Source: Myxococcales bacterium
GTDB lineage: Bacteria > Myxococcota_A > UBA9042
NCBI GenBank assembly: GCA_037441385.1
Contig: JBBISH010000015.1
Span: 10,256-74,255, forward strand
Reading direction: 5' to 3'
DNA length: 64,000 nt
Shown: piece by piece, positions 39,201-48,002 of the stretch
How the letters are laid out: each line of letters begins with the position of its first letter
Position numbering within the stretch: position 1 is the stretch's first letter
Made by a program: the position numbers and the translations under genes
Notes under the pieces: model-generated
The model's input: the letters and a program-made list of their open reading frames with translations, nothing else
Database searches by the model: none
Told to the model about the DNA's origin: nothing

Positions 39201-40799
39201 CACGACATCTACTCGATCGAAGACCTGGCGCAGCTGATCCACAACCTGCGCGCGGTGCACCCCAAGGCCACCATCAGTGTCAAGTGCCCCAGCACCACCG
39301 ACTTGGGCACCATCGTGGTGGGTGTGGCCAAGGCGGGCGCCGACGTCATCGACATCTCGGGCGCCGAGGGCGGCACGGGCGCTGCCGCAGCTTCGTCGAT
39401 CGAGCACGCCGGCCTGCCCGTCGAGCGCGGCCTGGCGGAAGCCCATCAAGCCTTGGTGGTCAACGGCATCCGCAACGAGGTGCGCCTGCGCGCCGATGGC
39501 GGCATCAAGACCGGCGACGACGTGGTCAAATTGCTGTGCTTGGGCGCCGACGAGGTCGCGCTGGGTACGGCGCTGATGATCGCCGAGCAATGCATCTTCT
39601 GCCATGGCTGCAGCAAGGGCACCTGCCCATCGGGCATTACGACCCAAGATCAAGTGGTGTTCCAACGCTTCATGGTCGGCCACGGCGAGGCCAAGCGCGC
39701 CCTGCCCGTGGACACCAGTGAAGAAGAACGCTACCAGGAGGCGCGGCGCGGCGTGGTCCACTACCTGCTGGCGCTGGCCGAGGCGGTGCGGCAGCGACTG
39801 GCCGAGCTGGGCGTGCGCTCGCCGCGCGAGCTGACCGGGCGGGTGGATCTGCTGGACCAGATCAGCCGCGGGGAACCGCGGGCAGACAAGCTGGACCTCT
39901 CGGCATTGCTGTACGACGCCCGGCCGCTGCTCAGCCACCCCGAGATGCTGGGCAGCGTACGCTGCGCAGCCAAGCGACTGCCGGCAACATCGCTCAACTT
40001 TGACCTTTGGGCGGCAGCCCAGGCACTTACTGGCCAGCCGATCGAACGGCGGGTGCGCAACGTGGACCGCGCGGTCGGCGCGACGCTGGCGGGCGAGCTC
40101 GCGGCGGGCGAGCTGCGCCCCAAGGGGACCTTGGACGTGGTTCTGCGCGGCGAGGCCGGCCAAGGCCTGGGCTTCGCTTGCGTGGACGGGCTGCATCTGA
40201 CCTTGCACGGCCAGGCCAACGACGGCGTGGGCGAGGCCATCTCGGGCGGGCGGATCGTGGTGCGGCAGCCGCGCGGCATGGCGGCGAGCGAGGCCAGCGT
40301 GGCCGGAAACGCGGTGGGCTATGGCGCGGTCGGCGGGGAGATCTTCCTACAGGGACGTGCAGGTCAGCGCTTTGGCGTGCGCAATTCCGGCGGCACGCTG
40401 GTCTGCGAGGGAGCGGGCAAGTACGCGTTTGAGTACATGACCGACGGCACCGCACTGGTGCTGGGCGGGGTGGGCCCGCTGCTGGGCAGCGGCATGACGG
40501 GCGGCGTGGTCTACCTGTGGGATCCGGCGTCGAATTGCGAACCGCGCCTATCGGCCGACGTGGGCGCGATGGCGGTGGAGCCCGAGGAAATCCAGATCTT
40601 GCACGGACTTTTGCGGCAACATCACCAGCTTACGGCCTCCCCCGCTGCTGGGGACGTGCTCAAGCGCTGGCCCGCGTCCTTGGGCGAGTTTGCGGCCATC
40701 CGCCCCAGCGCCGAGGTGGCCCGTCGCCAGGCCGCGCGCGCCGCCGCGGAAGCCGCCGCCCTGGCCGAAGAAGCCGAGATACCAGGGGTTGCCGGGTAG
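36261..40799 (+). CDS. gltB: Glutamate synthase large subunit
   Basis: CGVG (Ntn Cys at aa 31); HRRYSTNT; AQPFR.LAHNGEINT; VTNPPIDPIRE; QIKIGQGAKPGEGGHLPG.KV; SPPPHHDIYSIEDLAQLI; AGQRFGVRNSG. Confidence 0.96.
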   Translation: MKTARSSRLVPNRRIPTHIQQLIDHPSRGGCGVGAIADLRGPSHGLIDEALAALVSMEHRGGALDDTGDGAGLLFTLDAKWFSRFVAPGKHVPEGDHLSVGVVLFPLAAAGNIRVWQEEIDAHLRREGLAPLGWRRVPVDESALGRAAAESRREVWQVLIGEGLVPPKKLAIALWRAKEHIELAVRDVYLASFTPRTVVYKALCTGEQLGKFYLDFHDPELTTQAVVFHRRYSTNTFSDWLLAQPFRTLAHNGEINTIKATRDAARNLAKELGFQELLMKQGSDSADLDRVIEVLTAHGVPLLEALLRLMPPAHGDEPDYPRQAALFHRGVQRAMGTLGAWEGPAALVATDGDHVVATLDRMGLRPLRWLRTHQGKVAICSEIGCLNVDPADIAETRQLDPGQAFAVDLTQGKILQPHEVVAEVLRHTPLNVGELAEQQLLPMPSRGPLAHGRPTAATLTLAGWTAERVRTAKALAEHGAEPMTSMGYDRPLAALSPTRPPLYKYFRQIIAVVTNPPIDPIREGSAIDLGVFLGRTPRAYSDSNEYRVFPQVRAKSPFLTEAEVRGLLTRDPPGPSGHPADAPTPLPDTRVIDATYPIEGGSKALSARLAFLAAESVRIARKRESAVLVLSDAAALENPQERLMMPMLLLVGAMHSALVRHGLRRRLSLVAVASDVQEPHDGAVLLANGADAICPTLAFSLAHEAFGNDGVIRAKKAFDTGLRRILSKMGITSVDGYRGSRLFEAVGIAGDIVEFYLPGTTSRLGGLELGDIDSDIRERHRQAQLSVGTPRSLDAKLYRKEVLHQLQLVARGDDPGAWGRFMAAVQATPPVYLRDLLDFHKEAVQPLPLDQVAPAREVAASTFVAAAMSHGALHRIAHRAIAGAFNELGAFSNSGEGGEDTRRNPGGAWQADRSRIRQVASARFGVDAAYLRGADELQIKIGQGAKPGEGGHLPGEKVTAEIAAIRRCPPGVTLISPPPHHDIYSIEDLAQLIHNLRAVHPKATISVKCPSTTDLGTIVVGVAKAGADVIDISGAEGGTGAAAASSIEHAGLPVERGLAEAHQALVVNGIRNEVRLRADGGIKTGDDVVKLLCLGADEVALGTALMIAEQCIFCHGCSKGTCPSGITTQDQVVFQRFMVGHGEAKRALPVDTSEEERYQEARRGVVHYLLALAEAVRQRLAELGVRSPRELTGRVDLLDQISRGEPRADKLDLSALLYDARPLLSHPEMLGSVRCAAKRLPATSLNFDLWAAAQALTGQPIERRVRNVDRAVGATLAGELAAGELRPKGTLDVVLRGEAGQGLGFACVDGLHLTLHGQANDGVGEAISGGRIVVRQPRGMAASEASVAGNAVGYGAVGGEIFLQGRAGQRFGVRNSGGTLVCEGAGKYAFEYMTDGTALVLGGVGPLLGSGMTGGVVYLWDPASNCEPRLSADVGAMAVEPEEIQILHGLLRQHHQLTASPAAGDVLKRWPASLGEFAAIRPSAEVARRQAARAAAEAAALAEEAEIPGVAG

Positions 40800-40835
40800 C
40801 TGGTCAAGCGACAGCCGGGCGGCTAGACTGCGGCC

Positions 40836-42233
40836 ATGAAGCTCTCCGCCACCGTTCACGGCACTACCTTTACCTTTGCCAGCTTGAAGGACGCGCTCAA
40901 CCGCGCCAGCGAGCTGAAGTCGGGCGATCGCGCCGCAGGCCTTTGTGCCGAGTCGACCAGCCAGCGCGTGGCCGCCAAAGAGGTGATTGCCAGCCTGGAG
41001 TTGCGGCACTTCTTCGAGAATCCGTCAGTGCCGTACGAGCAGGACGAGATCACGCGCCTCATCGTCGACGACCTGGACCAGCGCGCCTACAAGCGCATCC
41101 AGAGCTGGAGCGTGGGCCAACTGCGCGAGTGGCTGCTGGATCGCCGCACCAATGGCGAGGACATCGCGGCGGTGTCGCCCGGCCTGACGCCCGAGATGGT
41201 GTCGGCGACCGCCAAACTGATGAGCGCGATGGACCTGATGGTAGCCGGGCGCAAGATGCGGGTGGTCAAGAAGTGCAACAATACTATCGGCTTGGACGGG
41301 CGCATTTCGAGCCGCCTGCAGCCCAACCACCCGGTGGACGACGTGGCGGGCATCCTGGCCGCGGTCAAAGAGGGCCTGGCCTACGGCAACGGTGACGCGG
41401 TCATCGGCATCAACCCGGCCACCGAGTCGACCGAGAACACGGCGGCGATCCTCCACGCGGTCAAGGACTTGATGCGCCAGCATCGCATTCCGACCCAGGT
41501 GTGCGTGCTCGCCCACGTCAGCGTGCAGATGGACGCGATCCGCCGCTTCAAGGCCCCCGTCGACCTGTGCTTTCAGAGCCTGGCCGGCACCGAGAAGGCG
41601 AACCGCAACTTTGGGATTTCGGTGGCGCTCATCGACGAGGCCTACGACCTGACGCGCCGCGAAGGCACGGCGCAAGGGCCGAACGTGATGTACTTCGAGA
41701 CGGGCCAGGGGACGGCGCTATCCGCCAATGCTCACTACGAGACCGACCAGACCACGATGGAAGCGCGCACCTACGGGTTTGCGCGGCGGTACTCGCCCTT
41801 CCTGGTCAATTCGGTCGTTGGTTTCATTGGGCCTGAATATCTACAGAACGGCAAGCAGATCACCCGCGCCGGTCTGGAAGACCACTTCATGGGCAAGCTG
41901 ATGGGCGTGTCGATGGGCACCGACGTGTGCTACACCAACCATGCGGACAGCGACCAGGACGACCAAGAATGCCTTGAAGTGCTGCTGGCTTCGGCCGGGG
42001 TGAACTACCTAATGGGCATCCCGCTGGGCGACGACGTGATGCTCAACTACAACACCACGAGCTTTCACGATAACGCGCAACTGCGTGAATTGCTGGGACT
42101 GCGCCCTGCCCCGGAGTTCGAAGCCTGGATGGAGCGCATCGGCCTGTGGCGGGGCGGCAAGCTGACCGAGCGGGCCGGCGACGCCACCCTGTTCGAGTCG
42201 GCGTGGTCGGCGCGCGCGGAGCGGAAGTTCTAG
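40836..42233 (+). CDS. eutB: Ethanolamine ammonia-lyase large subunit
   Basis: SGD..AGL.A.S...RVAAK; RLQPNHP.DD; GDAVIGINPA; CVLAHV; FQSLAGTEKAN; MYFETGQG.ALS; VVGFIGPEYL; LEDHFMGKL; CYTNH. Confidence 0.96.
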   Translation: MKLSATVHGTTFTFASLKDALNRASELKSGDRAAGLCAESTSQRVAAKEVIASLELRHFFENPSVPYEQDEITRLIVDDLDQRAYKRIQSWSVGQLREWLLDRRTNGEDIAAVSPGLTPEMVSATAKLMSAMDLMVAGRKMRVVKKCNNTIGLDGRISSRLQPNHPVDDVAGILAAVKEGLAYGNGDAVIGINPATESTENTAAILHAVKDLMRQHRIPTQVCVLAHVSVQMDAIRRFKAPVDLCFQSLAGTEKANRNFGISVALIDEAYDLTRREGTAQGPNVMYFETGQGTALSANAHYETDQTTMEARTYGFARRYSPFLVNSVVGFIGPEYLQNGKQITRAGLEDHFMGKLMGVSMGTDVCYTNHADSDQDDQECLEVLLASAGVNYLMGIPLGDDVMLNYNTTSFHDNAQLRELLGLRPAPEFEAWMERIGLWRGGKLTERAGDATLFESAWSARAERKF

Positions 42234-42239
42234 CTGAGT

Positions 42240-43172
42240 CTAGAGCGAGCAGCTGTCGATCAGCTCTTCGGCCAGGTCGGGACCGCCAAAGTCGCGGATC
42301 TCGTGGATGCCGGTGGGGCTGGTGACGTTGATCTCGGTCAGGTGTTCGCCGATGAGGTCGATGCCGACGAACAGGTGCCCGGCGGCCCACAGATCGGGCC
42401 CCAGGCGGTCGCAGATCGCTTGCTCGCGCGGCGTCAGCGGGCTCAGCTCGGTAGTGGCGCCGATGTGGATGTTGCCGCGCAAGTCGTCGGCCGGCGGAAT
42501 GCGCAAGAGCCCCGCGCGCGCCTTGCCGGCCACAAAGATGACGCGCTTGTCGCCGGTGACGACCTGCGGCAAGTACTTCTGCACCAACACGAATTCCTTA
42601 CCGTGCCGCGTCGAGATCTCGAGCAGCGAGCGCGTATTCAGATCGCCCGGATGCAGAGCCACGATGCCGTTGCCGCCCGAAAAGGACAGGGGCTTGATGA
42701 CCACCGACCCACCGACGTCGCGTTGAAACTGCATGATTTCAGTCATGCTTCGCGTCAGCAGCGACGGTGGACTCAGCTCGGGATAGGCGAGCAGCGAGGT
42801 CTTCTCGTTCCACGACCGCAGCGCCGCCGGCTGCGACCAAACCCGAGTCGTCTTGGGCGCTTGATCCAGCACATAGGTGGCAGCGATGTACTGCATGTCA
42901 AACGGCGGGTCCTTGCGCATCCAGACCACGTCAAAGTGGCCAAGCGGCAGCGACTCGGGCTCGCCGTGCTGAACGTGTTCCCCCTGCACCGGCCGGACGT
43001 GCAGCGACCGACACCGCGCAAACCCTTGATTACCGCGCGCAAATAGCCCGTCGGTGTCGCACGACCACAGCGCGTGACCGCGGCCCTGTGCCGCCAGCAT
43101 CAGCGCGAACGAAGAGTCTTTGCGGATGTCGATGGGCCCGAGCGGGTCCACGACGAAAAGGTGGCGCGTCAT
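42240..43172 (-). CDS. gshB: Glutathione synthetase (ATP-grasp)
   Basis: F.VDP...I...KDSSFALM..AQ.RGH; MRKDPPFDMQY; GDKRV; RGNIH.G; FVGIDLIG..LTEINVTSPTG. Confidence 0.95.
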   Translation of the reverse strand: MTRHLFVVDPLGPIDIRKDSSFALMLAAQGRGHALWSCDTDGLFARGNQGFARCRSLHVRPVQGEHVQHGEPESLPLGHFDVVWMRKDPPFDMQYIAATYVLDQAPKTTRVWSQPAALRSWNEKTSLLAYPELSPPSLLTRSMTEIMQFQRDVGGSVVIKPLSFSGGNGIVALHPGDLNTRSLLEISTRHGKEFVLVQKYLPQVVTGDKRVIFVAGKARAGLLRIPPADDLRGNIHIGATTELSPLTPREQAICDRLGPDLWAAGHLFVGIDLIGEHLTEINVTSPTGIHEIRDFGGPDLAEELIDSCSL

Positions 43173-43280
43173 GATGGCGACCCCCAAAATGCCAACCCTG
43201 CAGTTGGCCCAATGGTGCAGCGAAACAGCCCGGCTTGGGCGCGCAGGTGCAACTCAACCAGCATCGGGCAGGCGGAAAAG

Positions 43281-43323
43281 GAAGGGCGCCAACAAAATCA
43301 ACACGATTCGGTTGGCGCCCTTC
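43281..43323. terminator. Terminator-like hairpin downstream of the OB-fold lipoprotein gene
   Basis: GAAGGGCGCCAAC...GTTGGCGCCCTTC (13-bp stem); followed by CTTTT on the minus strand. Confidence 0.65.
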
Positions 43324-43353
43324 TTCGCCGCAACGGCGTGCTAGGACAACAAG

Positions 43354-44061
43354 TTACGGGTGACCAGCGGGCATTTGCGGCTGGCCAGCAGGAGCGGCCG
43401 GCGCGGCGGCCGGGGCGGGAGCTGCAGCCGGAGCCGGAGCAGCGCCGGGAGCGGGAGCGGCGGCCGGAGCGGGAGCCGCACCGGGATCTTCCACCGTGAC
43501 TTCGCTGTCCTTGAGCAGCACGTCGTACTTGTAGCCAGCGCCGATGTCCTGGTTGATGGCGATCGTGCCCTTGACCACGACCCGGGCGCCCTTGTTGGCT
43601 TCACCCTTGGTGGTGATCACGACCTTGCCGGTTTTGTCCTGCACGTGCAGCCAGTTGCGATCCAGGATGCCGCGGTTGACCTTGACGACGATGCCGCGCA
43701 CGGACACGACCTTGCCGTCCATGTCCTTGGCCTTGGCGTTCAGGTCGCCCACAGTCATGTCGGCCGCCGGGAAATCACCAATGGCTACTTCGGCCGTGGG
43801 CTCCATGGGCGGGTGTCCGGCTGGCAACGCCCCAGGACCGGCCACAGGCGCAGCACCCGGCGCAGCACCCGGCGCAGCAGAGGCACCAGCACCAGCACCG
43901 GGCGGCGGCGTGGGCACAGCGCCCGTCGCGGCAGCGGGCTGCTCGGCGGCGGGGACGGTGGTCACGGCCTGGGCAGCCGGCTTGGGCGGTTCCTTGTTGC
44001 AGGCCGCGAGCGAAAGAGGGAGGGAAAGGACCAAGAACGATGAAAGGGTGTAGAACTTCAT
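43354..44061 (-). CDS. Lipoprotein with an OB-fold domain, Pro/Ala linkers and two (L/M)PAGHP motifs
   Basis: Lipobox LAAC; TVGDL...GKVVSVRG.VVKVN.GILDRNWLHVQD..G; DIGAGYKYDVLL.D. Confidence 0.8.
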   Translation of the reverse strand: MKFYTLSSFLVLSLPLSLAACNKEPPKPAAQAVTTVPAAEQPAAATGAVPTPPPGAGAGASAAPGAAPGAAPVAGPGALPAGHPPMEPTAEVAIGDFPAADMTVGDLNAKAKDMDGKVVSVRGIVVKVNRGILDRNWLHVQDKTGKVVITTKGEANKGARVVVKGTIAINQDIGAGYKYDVLLKDSEVTVEDPGAAPAPAAAPAPGAAPAPAAAPAPAAAPAAPAGQPQMPAGHP

Positions 44062-44198
44062 GGCCGCTATGATAATGGCTTTCAGCGCTGGTGCAAGGCA
44101 GTTTGCTACACAAGTGTGTCACGCGGCCGTGTTGCGGTTGTAGTGGGCTGTCCGGCGCGGTACGGTAGACGGGTTGCAGCGGCAACTTGAGGCAGGCG

Positions 44199-47100
44199 AT
44201 GGCGCGGAGCAAGGAGCGACGGTCGGCGACCGCGGCGAGGCGGGACGGGGCCTGGCGGCGCATCGCTCGCTGGTGCATGGCCGCGCTGGTCCTGGTCGCG
44301 CTGGTCCTGGTCGCGCTGCTGGCCGGTCCGGCCCTGGCCAAGCCGGCGGCGGACACAACTGCCGAGTTGGCGCGCGCCCAAGAACTGGTTCGCCTGCTGG
44401 ACGGCAAGGGTACGCCAGCGCAACTTTTGGCGGCCGCGCTGGAGTGGTCGCGTCTGGCGTCCCTGTTGCCGCATCGCTTTGCCGCGAGTGCCACCGATGC
44501 CGCCCTCGCCAAGCCGACTCGCGACGTGCCGGGCCGCTGGGCCCGCGAGATCCTACTGCAAGTCCGAACGGACCTGGGCGCCGCTCCACTGCCCGACCCG
44601 GGTGCTGCCCTGCATTGGGCGTGGTTGGGGCCGTTTGGCGACGAGCACGGGACCGCTCTGCCGCGCAACGGCGCCCTGGAAACCGCGATCGAGTCCACGC
44701 CCGGGCCGCTCCCTGCCGCAGCTCCGGGTCGCAGCGGCGAAGTGCGCTGGCAGCGACCGCCAGCCGGCATGGTGCGCGTCGGAGAGCCGACTCCCCTTGA
44801 GGAACTGCTGGACCGGCCCGATGACGCGGAAGTGTACGTCGCGACATGGCTACGCCCGATCAGCGGCGAACCGGCCAAGGCCCAGCTGCGGCTGTGGGTG
44901 CAGGGGCCGGCGCGCGTATGGCTGGGCACGCACGCCTTGGCGCCCGTGGCGGCAAAGCCAGAGAGCACGGGCATGCCCGACGAGACGGCGGCCACGCCAG
45001 CGGTAGACGAGTTGCCCGTGGCGTTGGCCGGCGGCTGGCAGCGGGTCGTGGTCAAGCTGGGCCCGGCCGGTGCCCACGTGGGCTTTGGCTTGCGCGTGGT
45101 CGATCCAGGGGGCTTGCCGCTGGCGATCGAGTCGACCGCCACGTGCCCGGCAGAGGTCGTTGATCCGGTGCCGGAGGCTCCAACCAAAGGTGATTCCAAG
45201 GTGTTTGGCCTGTCCTGGCCACCCGACAAGCCGATGCCGGCCGACGTGGCGGCGGCTCTGTTGCAGCTGGACTGGCACGGCTGGCCGATTCCAGAGTCAC
45301 TCCACGAGCAACTGTCGAGCATGGCGCCCGAAGAATTGCCGAGCAGCTCCGAAGTGGCGCTGGCCCATGCCAACCTGTCCGGCGAGCCCGGTGATCGGGC
45401 AGAACTCCTGGATCGCTGGCAGCAATTGCGCCCTGACGACGAGGTGATCTTGGCAGCCCGCGCGGCGGCGTTGGACGAAATTGGCCACGCCGACCAAGGC
45501 CATCGGCTGTGGGTGAGCTGGTCGATCGCCCACCAGCGCCAGCCCGAGCACCGGTCGACGGCCGCTTGCCGCGCGCGGGTGACGTTGTGGCGGCGGCTGT
45601 CGGGGGACCTGGCTGCCCGGCGTTTGCTAGACGCCTGCCGGCGCCAGTGGCCCGAAGTCCCGGCGTTGCAAGCTGATTGGGCCCGTCAGTTGGAGTCGTC
45701 TGAGGACGAGGCGGCAGCGGTGGCCGTGTATCGAACGCTGGCCGAGCAGACGCCCCGCCCAGAAGCCAAGGCGCGGCTTGCGGTTGCGCTGATCCAGGCC
45801 GGCAAGCTGGCCGAAGCGGCGGCGATGCTGGAGGATTTTCGTTTGCATTATCCCGGCCATACGCGACCGCTGGAGCATCTGGCGCGGGCCTGGCTAGACG
45901 AAGGGCAACTGGACCAGGCCGAAGCATGGCTGCAGCGCGTCCCGGCCCCGCAACGGCGGACCCAGTGGCTGGATTTTGCCGCCCGGCTGGCCCTGCGCCG
46001 TGGGCAAAGCGATGTGGCGCAACGGCACTTGCGGCAAGCCGCGGCCATGGCGCCGCAGCGCGCTGACCTGCGGGCGCGGCTGCAGCGGTTGAGCAAGGGT
46101 GCCGACACGCTGAGCAGCCACCACCGGGATCTGTTGGCGTTGGCGCAAAGCGAGCGCGGCAAAGCGCGGAGCGTTCCGCTGGAGGTTCGTTTCCGGCAAA
46201 TCGTTTTGCAGGCGCTTGGCAATGGTCAGCAAGCGCGGCGCGAGGCCGAGCTGACCTACTTGGGCCCGAACTGCAACGGGACGCACACGGTGGCGATCGA
46301 CTACGCGCCCGATCTCTCGCAGGCCGATGTGCTGCAGGCGATGGTGGTGCGGGCCGACGGCCGCATCGACCGCAACGTGGCCCAGAGCGTGGACCGCTAC
46401 ACCCAAGATGACTCGGGCATGTACTTTGACCTAGAGAGGATTTCGCTCACGTTCAAGAACCTGCGCCCAGGTGATGCCATCGTGGTGGAATACGAGGTCC
46501 GCGACCTGGGCCCCGCGCCTTTTGGCCTCGTCTTTGGCGAACTACTGCAACTGGCCGACGTGGCGCCCGTGCGCCAAACCGAGGTGGCGGTGCAGCTCCC
46601 CGGCGACATGCCCCTGCACTTTGCGCTGTACGATCCCCTGCACCCCGACGCCCCGCCGGCCAAGCCCGAGACCAGCTTAGTGGGCCGCGCCGACGAAGGT
46701 GGTCCGTGGCGGCAATGGCAGTGGCAGATTGGCGCCCTGCCGGCCTTGCCCAGCGACGCCGACGCTCCAGGCGACACCGAGTTGGGGCGGTACCTGCACT
46801 TGTCGTCGATGGAGAGCTGGCGCGATGCGGCGCGCTGGTACGGCGACGTCTTGGGTCAAGCGTTGCCCAAGCCAGGTCAAGACGCGGTGATCCGCGACCT
46901 GGCCCGCAAGTTGACGGCCGGCAAGACTGACCGACTGAGCAAGATCAAAGCCGTCTACGAGTATGCGCGCAGCCAGGTGCGCTATGTGGGCCTGGAGTTC
47001 GGGATCCACAGCTTGAAGCCGCACGCGCCCCGCGAGGTGGTCCTGCGTCAATTCGGCGACTGCAAAGACAAGGCGGCACTGATTGTCGCGCTGCTGGCCG

Positions 47101-48002
47101 AGGTCGACATCGCGGCGCAGGTGGCGTTGGTCCGCACCTCCGAAGGGGGCAAGCTGGCCGATGGCGTGGCCTCGCTGGGCGTGTTCAACCACGCCATCGC
47201 CTACGTGGACGACGAGGAGCTGTGGCTGGATGCAACAGCCAACTTGAACGATATGAACGAGTTACCCGGCGGAGACGCGGGAGGCATGGCCTTGCGCATT
47301 GGCGACGGCGCGCCGGGCAAGTTGGAAGAACTGCCCGAACTGCAGCTAGAGCGCGAGCACGAGCAGCGCGAAGTTTCTTGGCAACTCAGGCCCGACGGCG
47401 GGGCCGAGCTGCAGTGGCACGCAGAAGTCCGCGGCGCGGTGGCAGCCGAGGTCCGGGCGCGTCTGACCGCCGCGGCCACCCGCAAAGAGCGCGTGGAGCA
47501 GGACCTGGCTGCGCGCTGGCCCGGTCTGGCGGTGGCGAAGCTGGGAGCCCAGGGCATCGACCCCATCGAGGCCACCGTGCGCCTGGAGGCGAGCGGCAGC
47601 GTACCCAAGCTGGGTCAGGTCCGCGATGGACGGTGGACGATGGCACCGCTGCGCCCCGGCCAGAGTTGGTCGACGTCGCTGGCCAACGAGCAGACGCGCA
47701 AGGCCGACGTGGTCCTGCCTCGGCCGGTCGCGCTGGCAGAGGTGGTGCGCGTGCAGGCGCCGCCCGGTTGGCGCCACGAGCCGCGGGTGGCCGTGCAAAT
47801 GCTGCAAAGTAAGGTGGGCAAGCTGCGCCTGCAGTCGCACGTGGAGGGCGATGTGCTGGTGCTGGAAGTGGACCTGAACGTGGCGCCGCGCCGCATCACG
47901 GTGGCCGACTACCCCGCGCTGCGCAAGTTCGTCGCCCAGGTCGACGACGCGCTGGGGCAAGAGTTCGCGCTGGTGCGCGTCACGGCCGGGGGCACGCCAT
48001 GA
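44199..48002 (+). CDS. Secreted TPR + DUF3857 + transglutaminase-like domain protein
   Basis: Signal peptide; TPR-like helices; F..LRPGD.IV.EY (DUF3857); VRYVGLEFG...FGDCKDKA...FNHAIAYV..WLDAT (Cys-His-Asp triad). Start is uncertain. Confidence 0.88.
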   Translation: MARSKERRSATAARRDGAWRRIARWCMAALVLVALVLVALLAGPALAKPAADTTAELARAQELVRLLDGKGTPAQLLAAALEWSRLASLLPHRFAASATDAALAKPTRDVPGRWAREILLQVRTDLGAAPLPDPGAALHWAWLGPFGDEHGTALPRNGALETAIESTPGPLPAAAPGRSGEVRWQRPPAGMVRVGEPTPLEELLDRPDDAEVYVATWLRPISGEPAKAQLRLWVQGPARVWLGTHALAPVAAKPESTGMPDETAATPAVDELPVALAGGWQRVVVKLGPAGAHVGFGLRVVDPGGLPLAIESTATCPAEVVDPVPEAPTKGDSKVFGLSWPPDKPMPADVAAALLQLDWHGWPIPESLHEQLSSMAPEELPSSSEVALAHANLSGEPGDRAELLDRWQQLRPDDEVILAARAAALDEIGHADQGHRLWVSWSIAHQRQPEHRSTAACRARVTLWRRLSGDLAARRLLDACRRQWPEVPALQADWARQLESSEDEAAAVAVYRTLAEQTPRPEAKARLAVALIQAGKLAEAAAMLEDFRLHYPGHTRPLEHLARAWLDEGQLDQAEAWLQRVPAPQRRTQWLDFAARLALRRGQSDVAQRHLRQAAAMAPQRADLRARLQRLSKGADTLSSHHRDLLALAQSERGKARSVPLEVRFRQIVLQALGNGQQARREAELTYLGPNCNGTHTVAIDYAPDLSQADVLQAMVVRADGRIDRNVAQSVDRYTQDDSGMYFDLERISLTFKNLRPGDAIVVEYEVRDLGPAPFGLVFGELLQLADVAPVRQTEVAVQLPGDMPLHFALYDPLHPDAPPAKPETSLVGRADEGGPWRQWQWQIGALPALPSDADAPGDTELGRYLHLSSMESWRDAARWYGDVLGQALPKPGQDAVIRDLARKLTAGKTDRLSKIKAVYEYARSQVRYVGLEFGIHSLKPHAPREVVLRQFGDCKDKAALIVALLAEVDIAAQVALVRTSEGGKLADGVASLGVFNHAIAYVDDEELWLDATANLNDMNELPGGDAGGMALRIGDGAPGKLEELPELQLEREHEQREVSWQLRPDGGAELQWHAEVRGAVAAEVRARLTAAATRKERVEQDLAARWPGLAVAKLGAQGIDPIEATVRLEASGSVPKLGQVRDGRWTMAPLRPGQSWSTSLANEQTRKADVVLPRPVALAEVVRVQAPPGWRHEPRVAVQMLQSKVGKLRLQSHVEGDVLVLEVDLNVAPRRITVADYPALRKFVAQVDDALGQEFALVRVTAGGTP

